Origin: Raillietiella orientalis
Taxonomy: Eukaryota
Direction: 5' to 3'
NCBI GenBank assembly: GCA_036172245.1
Contig: JAYWIR010000033.1
Coordinates: 1,116,001 to 1,180,000, forward strand
Length of the DNA stretch: 64,000 nt
The notes under the pieces are model-generated. The model was not told the origin of the DNA, did not search any database, and worked only from the letters and a program-made list of their open reading frames with translations. Within the stretch, counting starts at the first letter, position 1. Each line of letters starts with the position of its first letter. A program made the translations under genes and the position numbers. This document shows positions 50,292 to 64,000 of this stretch, piece by piece.

Positions 50292-53200
50292 GCATCTTTC
50301 ATTGCCTTGCTGACCCTTCAGTCTTCCGAGCTCCCGCTCTGCCCTATCCACGTGTTTGCGAAACAGCGGCGCCGTTGTCCAGCGTCATTGTGGCCAAGTT
50401 GTCATGGCCTCGCGCGTTCATCTCGTTCGGATGAGCACTCTCATGACCGGATGCAGGAAAATTGAACTCATTCACAGGCTGGGCGGCATCGCAGGCTCAT
50501 GCTGCCCTTGCAATTTTGGCAGGCGGAAAAAGCGAGGAACCTATTTGGAAACGGAAATTTTTCGGGAGTGTCCTTTTTTCCAATTTGGAATCTGGATTTG
50601 GACCATGTGGCGTGGTGCTCAAAGACTCGGAAGTATGACTTCTGGCTGGAGCCATTCAAAGATACTCTTGCCAGCCTCCCGATTTTTCGCAGCTTCTCTT
50701 TGGAGCCGTTTTCTCCGTCTCGATACCTCAAAGGGACCAATAGCTAATTCCGTGCTTTGGCGGGGCGCCCTTGCAGTTGTCTTAATTATGCGAAAGATGG
50801 CACTGAAGGGTGGGTTGATCCTCACCTACATGCGGAAAAGAGCACAGCTTCCTGCAAAATTAAGTGACTACCGGTCATCCCACGTCAGTTTGACGGGATG
50901 GTAGACGAACGGTGAGAGACTCGAGCTGAGCCTGAAGGAGCTCTCTCCTCGGTGGTTCGCAGTCCGCAGCTGGCGGCGCGGTGATGGCTCGCCCTCCCGA
51001 TGGAAGCTGGCTGTACGACCCAGGTCATGGAGGGCCACGCGCCTCAGGATTTCCATGTGCACCAGACACTGCCGCAGCGGCCGTCGGTGCTGGACCTATA
51101 GAAGGCGGTGGACCACTTGGTGACCCCTGCTGCCCAGCAGTAAATGGTCACTAGGCTGCAGAGGAGAATGCGTTACATCCTCTACTGATGCTGGAGGTGT
51201 AGCCATATCCTCCAAGATTAAGTTTTCCCAGCGGCACATGGCATTGAAGGGTCGGTCACTTGAGGAAGATCCACGCGTCCAGAATCTGAGCTTTCCTGAC
51301 ACCTGACGGCAGGAGGGCGAAACACTTATCCATGGAACTCTGGGATAATCGCCGTTGCTTGCATAGGTTCCCTTGTAACTCTCAGCGAGTTCATTTCATG
51401 TCGTGGCAACTTTTTATGGGGACAGTGGTGATCGCCAAGGACTCTCCAGGGTGTTGTCCAACGAGGTGAGAAAGAGCACTGCACTTCTGTTCGAAAGATC
51501 GGTGCAGCTGCTCTCACGCGGCAGGAGATCGCGGAAGAGAACACGATGGATATGTCTGCTGAGATGGAGAGGATATGTGTGAATAGGTGGTGCTGGGGAG
51601 GTTACCATCCTGAAGTTGAAGTCCTCTTCAGATGCGCAGCCATTCCTGCTGCACTTCGGGTTGGGCCAACATTCCTTGATGTGAAGGTAGTGGTAGTGTA
51701 GGCTTGGTAGTGAATACGAGAGATGAAAGAAGTGATGATATCAGTTGAAAGGGAAGAAGGAGAAACGAAATTACTTCTAGGAAGGGACAAAATGGCCACT
51801 GGACGAGGATTAGAAGTGTTTGAAGTTACGTTGTGAAGGAAGTGAATAACTGATTGTTACGAGCGCTACTTCATATCAACTAAAATTGGAAATTACCTCT
51901 TGAACAAAGAAATTTTGATGTCTTTTCGGCTTATACAGAGCGAAGCAATGGCAGTGCTGAGGGCGGTAGCAGACAGTTTGGTAATAAAGGTATGCGGTTT
52001 GAGCTGTAAGAGTACACACCAATAGCAGCGGAACGCATGAGCTTAACTCAGATGATCTTAAGATCTTTCCCTCCTTCCCTGAGGGGTGGTGAAGTTCCTC
52101 GTGGTCAGAGGGACGCGAGTACATCAGTAAGATGGAGGCATTGATGCGGATGGCAGCGAAGTTAATGGATGGATGGACGGAGCAAGGGACACGAAGCTTT
52201 GGATCTGGAAGTTGTCTCTGGAAGTTCCAAGAACAGCTGAATAAACTTTGTCCAGAGGCAGGTTTACTCTTTTCTTTCATTCACTTTACTTCCATATTGG
52301 ACCTTTGTATCCAAGTCCCTTGCACACACTCTTCACGTTGAGGATGCTCATGGGTTCACACATCAGATACACTTTTTTTGCGCCTTTGTTCATCCTACGC
52401 GAGCAAACATCAGGAAGGAAAGAACCAGGGAGAGTTTTCCAGGAAACTTGAAAATGCAGCAGGAGCAGTTCAGCCATCAGGGAAAAGAAGCAATCCGCCG
52501 GGTACCTTGAACAGGAATCCACCTGACTGTGTTTCCTGCTAAAGCCCTTGAAAACTTCGCGAGGAAAGTCAAGTTGGTCACACTTGAAAAAGACAACCTA
52601 AGCAATAAAGCAAAAAAAAAAAAAAAGCCGTTCAGCTGCTTGCTTCCCACTTGTATTATGCTGCTCATGATGTCAATGTATTTTTTTTCCCCCCTTTTGC
52701 AGACTGGTTTCAATAAAGCCTGCTGAATCATCTTTCTTGTTGCTACCAGAGAGGGTTACTTTGAAGTTCGTACAAATAAAAGTCGCAACCAGTTTTACGT
52801 GTAGGGGAAGATCGAGGATCGACGAAGAGATGGATGAAGAGGAAAGGCAGGCAAGGGGGATGAAGGAAGCCGTCTCTCCCATCCGCTCTGGTCCCCATTT
52901 AACATTTACACAGTTAACCAATTTCGAATAAAAGCCGTCTTCTCCTCTGAATTTTTCCCAGTTCGCAGTCTCTGGAACACTTGATTAGCTGCTAACCGAT
53001 TATGACCTTGCAATGGCTGCTCTCCACCTGCCGCGTGTTTCCCTTCTTACGGAAGGGGAACCATACCCTGACTTGCATACAAGATGATTCCTGTTAAAAC
53101 TCTGAATCTGCAGCCTCCACGTCTTGCGAAAACCGTGCTCGGTTCTCATCTCGTCAGTTTGTTTTCGCGGCGGAACTAAGAGGAGTTCTCGGGAGCTCGG

Positions 53201-54194
53201 ATCAATTCCTGATATTCCCCTTCCCTCGAAGTTGAGCTCCTCAGAATCTTTGAAGCCCAATAAGAACATTCCGTGCTGCTTCATTAAGGAAAAAAAATGC
53301 CTTTTTTTTTTTTTTTTTTTAAAAAGTGTTTTTTTCTTCTTTCTTTTCCTTCGTAATGGTTTTTTCTGAGAGAATTCAGTAAGCAACATTATTTATGGTT
53401 GAAGAGTCTTTTATGGAGATGCGCCATGCTTTACCATCTCTAGGATTTCTAGTTTCAACAAACGCACTTATCAAAAGATGGAGCAGGCATCCCAGATCAG
53501 ATCTTCTGTCACAGAGTTTTCAAAGCGGCGTTGCTATTTTATTTTATTTTTATTGGTAGAGGTCCTTAACCCAACCGGCCCGTTCTCGGAAACACCTCAC
53601 AAAAAACACATGCACAAAAAGATCCATAGTGTGATCTCCGGAAAAAGACAATAAAACAAGAATAGAAAACTTGTGTCCCTCCTCCCGTTTGAACTGGTTC
53701 CATGCGTTTCTCTCATTTCTTAGACGCATCAGGGAGCCGGTATTGCACTATTTGTTACGCCGAGAATTTGAGTCGGATGCTCTTTCGAGCCCCGTCCTCC
53801 GGCGCACCTTGAAATGATGCGTGTCCACGACAGATCTTCGATTCCAATGCAGTGAAGCATACTGTACTCCAGAATATGGGTACTTGGAAATATCGGAGCA
53901 GCAGCTCTCCAAGATTCCAGACCACATGCTACAAGAGGGCTCTCGACAGTGAGGAACGGCCATCCGCCCATTTATGCATCAACGATGAAGAAACTACAAC
54001 ACCAATGCAGAATGATAAAAGATATATTCAAGGAAAATCAACACGCTCAGCAGTCTTCTATCAGTAACAAGCAACGATCTTGAAGAGATTTATCCATCCG
54101 TAAATAAAAAAAACACAGCATTCATCGCCACAGAGATGCCAGAAATACATGCACCATGACGTTTCTATGTGCTTTTGGTGCTGTGCTCGACAGC

Positions 54195-54480
54195 TGAATA
54201 CAGCAATGGTATTTTCCAAGGCATCTCTTCTTTTTAGAGGAAAGGTTGACTTTACGCTGAAGATAAAGACCTCATCATTGATCTTCAAGGACACTTCTTC
54301 CAAACGATGGTCACAATTGTTCCCGCAACTAGAGAGCTGTTTCAGAGATGAGATGGGATGCACGTTGCCAAAGGTTCGCACATTTCGAGACACCACTCCA
54401 CGTGTAGTGCACAGTTGAGAAAACTTACCACATACCTTCTTGCTTATGGAGAGATTTCTGTACAGTGTGGAAAACTTCCA
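54195..54480 (+). repeat. Diverged inverted duplication, copy 1
   Basis: Aligns to the reverse complement of ~57415-57690 (ttagaggaaa.gttga.tttacgct, gatcttcaaggacact, tttcagagatg). Confidence 0.85.
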
Positions 54481-56397
54481 CACTCTACAGAAACTAGAGG
54501 TATCCGATCCTTTCTCTACCCTCGAGTATTTTGGTTTCTATGACGCAAGGTTCCCGTGATTTCCGTATACTGAAATGCGAAACCGAGTGGGATGAATGCA
54601 TTCGTTTCCGTAGCATCTTGTTTCATTTGTACGCTTTCAACGTATCATTTGATTTGCTGAGGAGACACAGGAGCACGGCTGTGATCGCACTGATATCTTC
54701 GGGGATGCCATCATCATCGTGTGAAAATGCATGGAATGGAGGAAATCATTCGCACCCATGTCGAACGATTGCATTCTGCATCCAGCCAAATCGTAATTTC
54801 TCTGAGGCGCGAAGAGACATTAGCACGAATCCAAAAGGCCACTCAACGAAATGAAAAGCTGGTAAGCAACCCATAGCCGAGCGTCGATTCTTTGTTCAGG
54901 CCAGTGCTCCAATGGGTAGCCCTTCGAAAGCTGCCTAGCAACTGTCGAGGAGGCCACGAAAAGAAAAGAAACCAATTGCAAAACACGGGCGCTCCGATTC
55001 TAGGACGAAAGAGTTCCTGTGTCAACAAGAACAATCGTGTTGGCAGAACTCGTGAAACTCTAAAACCCAGAAGGAAAAATGCAGCGTCACGAGAGCTCAA
55101 GATTGTGCGTCACTGCGCGGAACATATCAGGAAAGGATTGGTATGTTTCAAGATCCAATTCTCATGCCGCAACTTTTGGAAGTATCACCTGGAACATCTG
55201 CTGTGGAGTAGGAACTCCTCATGGAAGGTGCTTTCTGTCAATAGAGGGAATTCCCCGTCCAGCAGGAAAACTCGTAAGACCACAGACATAAGATAATCTT
55301 GAAGTAAACAAAATATAATCTACCAATGACACTTTGGGTAACTCATCGGCCTTACTTTAAAGACCCATACGGGAACCCCGGATTTGCTTGTTGTAAGTTG
55401 GCTCGTGGCACACGACGGTTCTCATTCCGCTTAAATGAATTCAACCAACATCAAACAGTCCACAATGCAGATTCTTCGAAAATCTAGGCACTCTGCGATC
55501 CGCTAATGACCCTCAATTTGCAACAGCTGGTTAAAGAAAACGTAGATAAGAAGCGGCTGACTCTTTCATAGTCCCCAAGCGTCATTTTTCCCGACGGTTG
55601 CCATGGCCTGGCATCTTACGGAGGTTTTTTGCACCCAGTCAAGCCTCTTCATATTTTAGATTCCAAGGGAACAAAATGGGTATCGGGAATACTCTAAGAC
55701 ACGGATCTCCAGAATGTTTTTCGTCCTTAAAGGGGAAAAAATGAGAACCACATTTTTCTCTATTGGATGATATTGATATTCTGTAGGAACTTTGAAATCA
55801 GGAAGCATTCCAGACTTTTCAGTCATTTATTCGTTTAGTTTTCGTGGTGCTATTCCTGCTGAAACGAAGTTGTCCGCACTTCTCATTTTCCTTAACCTTT
55901 ACTCTGTTCGTGGGAAGACATTTCGAAGATTTCCTTAGTGTTATTTGCAAATGATCCTTACAATCTGAAATTTCAAAAAAATCAATAAGCAGTCTGAACT
56001 CCTTAATCGAACTTGTTAGCTCGTTAGGTTATGCTCCAGCAGAAACACCATTTTTGACGTGCAAGTGTGCAACCTAAAAGGAATCGTTTTGAATATTTAG
56101 GAACAATAGAGTCTTCATTCACAAGCCACAAAGAGAGGAACGCATAGTAACAGAAGTTCCAGTTTCCTCTGCCGCCGTCATGCCTGAGAATACCAGGGAC
56201 ATACCAGGAGCTTCAGGAAACCCACGTGCGGCTTATTCGCATTGATATCGATGATTCACTAACATTTGACTTCTCAAGATGAAGCACATTATGTACACCT
56301 CACTGCCACGGTCTTTCTGAAAAACGGATAGCAGGCCGATCTCTCAGCGGCGAAAGGGAAAGTAATGTATTGGAACCTTAAAACCGGTCTGCCTGAA

Positions 56398-56590
56398 GTC
56401 CGGCTTTGCGGCGTGACGTCAGCGTGAGCGATCGGCACGGCGGGCAACAATGAGAGCTAAAAATACACGGTGAGCGACTTGAGAGCGGCTCTCCTCCTGT
56501 CCGGCTTTGCGGCGTGACGTCAGCGTGCGCGATCGGCACGGCGGGCAACAATGAGAGCTAAAAATACACGGTGAGCGACTCGAACGCGGC
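56398..56590 (+). repeat. 101-bp tandem duplication (about 1.9 units) carrying TGACGTCA
   Basis: The unit gtccggctttgcggcgtgacgtcagcgtg...aaaaatacacggtgagcgact starts at 56398 and again at 56499. Confidence 0.9.
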
Positions 56591-57414
56591 ACGGTTCGAG
56601 TCTGGCGTTGCACAGTAAGCTAGCGAGGCTTGGTGTCAGTCGGTGACTTAAGTCACCCGCCCCTCCTCACGTAAATAAGCGTCATCTTCCAATGCTGCCA
56701 TACTGCGGAACGAGCAACAAATGGAAGCTCAAGGAGTCATCGACGAAGTTACACTTCACCTGATCGTCATTTGTGAACACAATCGTTCTTGAAATGCCAT
56801 TGTTAGAAGAATGTTTCAATGTTTTTGATTGCGAAAAGCAATGCAGGGGCTCGAAACGAGGGCAAAGAAGCATCCTAAGGTACAGCCGAAGCGTCTGCTT
56901 TCATTCTTTTTGGGAAACATGGAACTCTTAAGTACTATTGAGGATGGAGGATGAAGGTCTTCACGCCATCCCAACCGTACACAAGGCAGCAACGGCTAGA
57001 GAGGCAAAAATTAGAAATTTCATGCTACTGGATGCCATTAGAATAATGAGAATACGTGTCATTAGAAGAAGAATTTGTTAATCAGAGTTGCCACTTGTTT
57101 CTCCTCCCAAAACATTTAAAAGGGGAGAATTTGTCACTCAATAGATTGTTTCGTAACTGGAAAACTTACTCCTACAGTAAGAACTCCGAGCTCAATGCAC
57201 AACTGTTAATCTACTGTCATCGCTGGATGCTTAGGGAGATGTCTCTTCATGAATCAAATGAAAATGAAAGCGTTTCTCTTTCCTTCCTCGGCTTTTATGC
57301 TGCTCCCTTTCTGAAACAGGAAAAATTTTGTATCAACACACAGTGCGCAAAAAACAAAGTCTTTTCATTTCGTGCCGGGAAAATTTAGAACATTTAACGC
57401 AAGATGAACTCAGG

Positions 57415-57690
57415 TCTCATTTCTTCTACATTTGGGCAAAGTAGGTTTTGTGTGAACTCGTGTGAGAAGTTTTCTGAAGGGAAGTGCCTGGATGCGTCTC
57501 GGAATGCGCAGGCCTTTGGTAACCTGCATTCCATCACATCTCTGAAAGGGCTCTCCAGTTGTGAGAACAATTATAATCATCATTGAAGGCAGTGTCCTTG
57601 AAGATCAGTAGTGAGGTTTTTTATCGTAAGCGTAAATTCAACTTTTCCTCTAAGAAGAGGAGGTGTTTGGGGGAATACTATGGCTGGAAT
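57415..57690 (-). repeat. Diverged inverted duplication, copy 2
   Basis: Reverse-complement homology to 54195-54480. Confidence 0.85.
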
Positions 57691-60600
57691 TTTTTGTTTG
57701 GGGAAATAGCTGATACTTTCATCCAACTCGATTCCTCTTTAAGAGAAGAATCCCCACCTAAAAAATGGCCATAACACTTTTGCAAACCAAGGAAACTCTG
57801 TTGCATCTCCTTCATTGCAAAAAAAGTACGTTTCCAGATCATAAGTGTGCAGAAAATTCGAATCTTTGCATTTAAACATGATAATCTTTTGCTGCGGTCA
57901 CTCGCTCTGAATGCGCTTGTTATGCAAGTTGCAAATACTCCGTTCAGTCGAAAGGAATTTTCTTCATCAAAGTTTCAGTTTCCTCAGCAGCAATATTCTG
58001 GAGGAAATTCGATATTAGAGTGTAGTCTTACAACCAACCAGAAAACTACAATGTGTCGATGACCGCAAAAGATTCTCTTGTCACGCAAAGAGTCCATTTG
58101 CAGCTGCACTTAAAGAGTAATAGATTTTATCACAGCTAACGGAATTGACTACCAGCATGCTCATTAGCAGAGGTCTGATTTCCGAATAACTCGAGAAATT
58201 CAGGGATGGAACCGAGAAAAGAATGGCAAGAATTTAGTAGCAGGGCGTAGGTTCCATCCACAACTCGAATCGAAAATGAAGGACATTGGCTTTCACTTCA
58301 CTTCCCGATATGCCACTGTTTTAATTTTTCTTATTACAGTCGTAGCTGCAATTCATAGATGAGCTCTCCGCGCGGATCTCATGAAACAGGTGAGCTCATG
58401 GAACGGGTCCAGGCACAATGAGCTCTTCTTATTGCACTGAACACTTCGAGGGGGCATCAGTTAAATCGCTATTAGAAATTTTGGGAAGGTCGATTCAGTT
58501 CTTTGCACGCATACGCTATCTCAAATTCCAATCCAGCACACCAGAATGAGCACTTGGCCGCCGCTCAGTGAACTCTTGCGGGAAACACTTGTCTCGCAGT
58601 TGGTTTTCCTTTCGCAGATTATTTGGCCGAATTCTAGGAAATTCACGAAGAGCAGCTCAGATTTCTTAGTGAACCCAAAAATGCCGTGTCCTCAAAAAAC
58701 GAATTCGGGAAAAGGATCGAGTTATTCATCTTCTAGATTGCATGTGATGCGATTTTACACTCAAGTTGCTGGGAACAAAAATGCTTCATTCTAGTTCATG
58801 CTTTACTTCATCTTTGTTTTTTAAATAATGATTCTTCATATCACACTTAAGAGATTCAAGAGAGCAAATGAAGCAATTGGTGCATTTCGTGTTGATCTTT
58901 TATCATGAAGCGTATCCTGGTCTGCTAAATTATATTACGTGAAAACTTTTGAATCCATTGAAAACTGAGTTTGAGATTGCTCATTGCTTGTTCTCTCATA
59001 GAGGCCACAATATGATGGCCTGGAAGTTCCCTGTCCAGGCGTAGCATTTGGCGGCGATACAGCGACACAGGGTCAACTGGGGGGTGTTGCTGCAAAGAGC
59101 GTATATGGCCAAGTTCTTCTGGTGGGAAGAGGAAATGACACTCTGGTCTTGGACTGAGCCGGGTTCTACGCATGCTGGGTCATTTGCATCCCGGTCCTTC
59201 CCACCCCTGTATTCATAGAGACATCTCCATGCGTTTCGTCAAGAAGGACGCGTGTAGCTGTAGCCTCGAGGACCAAAAACTCGTGACTCTTACCAGGAAG
59301 AAGATGCGGAGCAGTCGATAACTAGGATGCAATTTGCAGTGCTTCAGCACTTTCTGAAGGGATCAGCGGAAAGGAGTGCCGATGCGAAAGAGTACACGAT
59401 GCATGAGTAAGAGTGAAGACAGAGTCCCATGAACTGAAAAATACTTAGGATCCGTGATTTCCGTGAGAATTTTACGAAAAAAAATAACTAAATAATAATG
59501 GATGGGTTGAGGTATCATCTCAACACCAGGAAGACTCGTAGCTGCTAAAAACTTTGGATGTTCAAGCATTCGGTTCCGTCTGGAACTGTTAGAGCATCGG
59601 GTCTTCTGATTTGGCATTCTATCATTGTTTTGTGATGATCATTCTATGCCTGCAGGCCTTCGAATTCCACGGAGATCAGAGTGTGCATGCCCTCTCAGGA
59701 CTCTTGCAGAGGAATTGCATTTGCTGAAAGCTGCAAGAGATGCCTCCAAACACGACAAGTCGGCTGCAATTGCATTTTACAACAAACAGAATAACTCTCC
59801 CATCAGTACTCGCCTGTCCTACTGCCGAACCTTGAAAGTCCCTCGGAGCTGGCCCCGCAACGAGGGCTCACTGGGACCGCTCGGGCACCCGAGAGGAAGC
59901 ACCCGGCTCCGTGTTTCCAATGGAGAAGCCTTGCCGGTGGTGGAACGGAAGCGGATGGGAGCGCAAAACGCCGCACCGCCAGCAAACCGAACAAGAGACA
60001 AGCAGGAAATGCGTCGTTTGTGGTCTGAGGTGGTCTGCGAGGTCCGGAAGAGTTTCTTCTTTCGAGTTCCGTTTCTTCAGCCGCAGGGTTCGGATACGCA
60101 CCGAATTTTCCTACTCCTATATCGACTGAGGCACTAAATTCTGAGCATTTTCTCCAAGTGGGAGGAATTCTAAAAAGTGGACAAGCATGGAATCATGGTG
60201 ATGGTTGGCTAAAGAAGAAAAAATGACGTCGGGTGACGAAAAGCCGAATTTCCCAAAAAGCTGTGTGGAACATGCAATTCTTTCCTTTTCTTTGTTTCCC
60301 TTCAAATGTCGGTACACCTAAAAGAAAGCACCACGTGCTTGCAGACTCTTGACTTTGTCTTTTTCACAATGCAGAGATTTTTGATTCTGGAGACAGTCGT
60401 TCCTGCTCAGAAACGTCCTCAGCAAACGGACTGTGCTTTTCAGTCCGAAGATCATCCCGTCGCTAAGTTCCCGATTCCGTCCGTGCTACCTGGGTAGTCA
60501 GGCTCGTTTCCGAAAACTTTCTTCGTTCGAGCCACTCCGGCTGCAAGCTGCTTGACCTTGACATCCACCAAGCTCTTGGAGATTTTCGTCAACTCCGATC

Positions 60601-63600
60601 ACGGAATTCGCGAGTTTCCCGACCTTTTTGTGTTCTGTTCATTCTGCTACGATGAAATAAAGCAAAGATCGAAGTGCGGTCCCTGAAAACTTTCCTTCTG
60701 CTCTCTCGCGAACTCTTTAGGCAGCTTATTGGCTTCTCGGGAGCTTGGGAAAACTCCTATCGTGCATAATTTCTTCATCTGACTGCTGCTGATGCTTCAT
60801 CCCTGCTTTATTATTAGGATATGTTTTCTAGTTTTTTAAGACTACCTAACAAACAAAAAAAATCGAAAAATAGAGCACGGCTTTGGGGGCGGGATGTCCG
60901 AGGGGAGCCAAGAAATGCATCACACTTTGCACAAGGAATACCTGTCGTCCTAGCCGACTGAACGCTTCATCGGTTGTGATGGAAACCAAGAGTAAAAGAT
61001 CCTTTCGATAATAGAGGAAACTGGCGGCTCTTTTGCCCGCATGCAAAACAGAGGATTTCCATTCAGTGAAGAGGAGCGGCAGAATTGCGTTACACCCCAG
61101 TGGGAGGGGGGAAGGGGGGGGGATCAGCAGGGATAAGCTTAGCATCCCTGGTAATCTTTCACAAGTCAACTCCTGATGGAAATCAGTTGCGGAAGAGTTC
61201 TGAATCTCTTTGGATGAATTCTGTCGCTGCTAACAGGTACTGAGGACTTTTCATAATGCTAATTATTTTCGCCTCGCTCACCTTTCTGGCTGCAAGCCTC
61301 CGTCATCATCAGTAGATGGCCCAAATGTGAATCGTGCGGACACTGCCATAGAAAATCGAATCAAAGCTCACAGCGGATCTTGCGAGTTCCATTCACAATC
61401 ATCAAGAACAGATCCAGCTGCGTTCAGTAGTTGCTGATTGATAACCAAACTTTCATTTAGCCCGCTGTTGGTTACTTCCTTCAGGAAAAAATGGTTTCCT
61501 TTAACTTGTTCCGAGTACTAAACTTCGGTTTTCCCATTGCTTGGAGATTCGTTCAGAGCAAGCGAATGATCCCGGTGACTGTCGTTGCTGAGATACGTTT
61601 AGACCTTCGGAATGAACCACATACAAACTCTCGAAATGAGCTCTCCTCCCAAATCCCACGTCCCATCATCGAAAACCGAGCACACGTTCGCTCGTAATTC
61701 CATTCTGAAATGCGCTAATGCTTCCGGGTCTGTCTTTGCAGGAACCTCCTTCCTCGGCAGCGCACCATGGGTTGCGATTTGTAAGGAGCAGATGATTTAG
61801 CATCTCGATAGGAACTTTCGAAGGAGCAGATTAGACGAACCGCACGCAGCTGCTTTGTCGAGAAAACTTTGCTTTTCCCGAAGACCGAGAAGGAACTGAT
61901 CTCAGATCAGTGGGTATCTTTTCGATTTCCTGAGATCGGAGCCGACAACTTCGCGCAGATCTGAAATTAGGCGTTTCCCCTATCCACGTGGACTCAGTTG
62001 ACTAATTTTTGAAGTTCAGTAACTCCAAAATCGTGAAACGCATTCTTCGGCGTTCACTCGTGTTTGAAGACGGAGCTTTTACGATCCAGCCTGATCTCCA
62101 TCTGCAACATTGAGAAAGATATCCAAAAAGCATACTGCAGAAGCTTCTGCTGCCCTCCGCGATGCTGTATGCAAGCTTTTGTGCGCGCTTTTAAATAAAA
62201 GATCGTGTGTAATGATGGAAACCATCATTCCAGAGTCACGATTTTATCAAGGTACCACGATTCGATCCTAGAACCACATGGTGATACCAAAGGTGGCTGT
62301 CACAGGCAAAACTACCATGACTTTTATTAATTGCCGCTTTGAGAAAGATACGTCATATTGTGCTGTTACGATACATTACCCTGCAATATGTTATTCTGTC
62401 CATTATGAAGAAGTAGGTATTGCTTGAAGTATTAGTGTGTCTTGTTCTGTTGACATTTCATTCATCAGTAACATTGCACAAGCTTCCTAGAAATGGATAA
62501 GAATAAGACAGCCTTATTATCAGATGAAACACCAATCCAAATGCAAGAGTGACCCCAGAGGTTGAGAGAGCACAAATTATTCTAAACATGCACAATCTCC
62601 TTGATTGCCGGACACACATGAAAACTGCAACCTGCTTGCAGCACAGCAGCAACACTTTATCAGTTGCTAGGGCAACACGGATGACTGTTCATTCCTAGGT
62701 CATCTAAATTTCTAAATGTGTATGTCATTTGGGATGCTGGAAGCGATGGGTGCATTTTGGCGCGAGAAGGCCAAATCAAGATTTGCAGCATCATTTACCA
62801 CATCCGCTTAGTTCGGACCGAGACATTTGTTTTCCAGCTACATAGCTGGAAGAATTGCATCTGCAATGAATTTTGTCTCAAATATCCTAATGTAGCATCA
62901 CCCGAAGTGCTCAATCCTGCATGAAGTAACTCTGGAGCACAGTGACCCTGACGCTTTCCTTACCCGAAACTCAGATATGCTTTTTTTTTTCCTTCCAGTG
63001 CTAAAAAGCGTTCGAAACTTCTGCGCCTTTACAATTCCAAATTTTTCCGAACGTGGGCATCGCTGAGGTTCCCTCTTCCCTACGATCGTAAGCAGGAAGT
63101 GCTAAGAGCCGAAACTTCGCACTCTTTCTGCAAGACCGGATGAAAGAAACTCTCTTTGCCTTAAGACCCCATCTCTTTGTATCCAGGGAATCAAACTGTT
63201 GCAAGAGCAAGTTCGTCACGATCTGCTTTCGTTTTCGTCACGACGTGAACGGGAAAGAAGATCGCGAACGTGGGACTCCACATTGGGTTCAGAGACCACG
63301 TTCCGGGGAAGCAGGGCAAAACGAACCGGAAACGTTGGGATGAATTTTCACGGCGGTGGCGTGGCTCGGATGCAGCATCTCCCTTCTTATAAAAAAAAAT
63401 GCGCTTCTCCGAGCGGCAAAACGAGGGCGTTTTTGTAACCGGATCATGGAGGACGCTTTCGTAAAGACGCGTTTCATCCCAATGGCCAAACGATACAGTG
63501 GGCTCTCCGCTGTATCATTTTCTGTTCTTCAAACCGAGCTGATGTGTGCGCTCCAAGCAGGTGGGAAGGCGACATCCTGCGGGTGAACTCGGAACCTCCA

Positions 63601-64000
63601 GACGGTGCCGATGGCACCCGAATGACCGTCGTAGCACGGGTAACGAAGGAGGCAAAAGATCCACGGGACCAGCAATATACACTCACCACCACTGTGCACA
63701 CCGTGCAGCTCTGCTGGGAAATCGGCCCGAAGGCAATCTTGCGAACACCTAAAGTGACGTTCCTACCAGGCAGGATGTGAAAGAATAGGCCAACCGGATG
63801 AAGAGCGGGAAGCATGAAGCTACACTGAAGTGTTCATTGCCACCATCATGGGAAAGGCAACGGTTAGGCACTTTGCTCTGAAAAAGGATCTTCTTTATCT
63901 CTTCCATGTTCTCTCATCAAAAGTATTTCATTTTCAAGGTAAATGTTTTCAGTTAAACTGTTTAACCAAATTGGCTATTTCTTAAAAACTTTAGTCTCAG

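Noticed and set aside
51400..52930. Scattered exon-like segments with splice-like signals
   Set aside because: They could not be assembled into a supported gene model without homology or RNA evidence.
63544..63780. Possible exon with a faint fatty-acid-binding-protein-like WEGD motif
   Set aside because: The similarity is too short, and I could not build a consistent exon chain.

Overview
This looks like repeat-rich eukaryotic DNA, probably metazoan; the short GT-AG introns and CCTAA-like pentamers are compatible with an arthropod. I found no intact, identifiable host gene, rRNA, complete tRNA or CRISPR array, and most entries in the ORF track are chance or antisense frames. The first ~50 kb holds three kinds of decayed retroelement. 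(1) About 16 5'-truncated pieces of an L1/Tx1-like non-LTR retrotransposon. They are recognised by a shared ORF2 C-terminus with a CX2C-H-C zinc finger, and most end in AATAAA plus a GC stem-loop rather than poly(A). (2) About 7 copies of a ~600-750 bp SINE-like repeat with a tRNA-like head and an A-rich tail. (3) One Utopia/NeSL-like restriction-like-endonuclease retrotransposon 3' fragment. The main observation is that four SINE-like copies are split by the Tx1-like element, each with a candidate target-site duplication, and two of these are at the same site and in the same orientation. This suggests a LINE that targets a SINE. The window also has two long hairpins, a near-identical ~400 bp duplication 43.8 kb apart, a diverged inverted duplication, a 101-bp tandem repeat with CRE-like palindromes, and sharply bounded AT-rich islands. 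All alignments were done by eye, so boundaries of decayed elements are approximate and family assignments need database confirmation.
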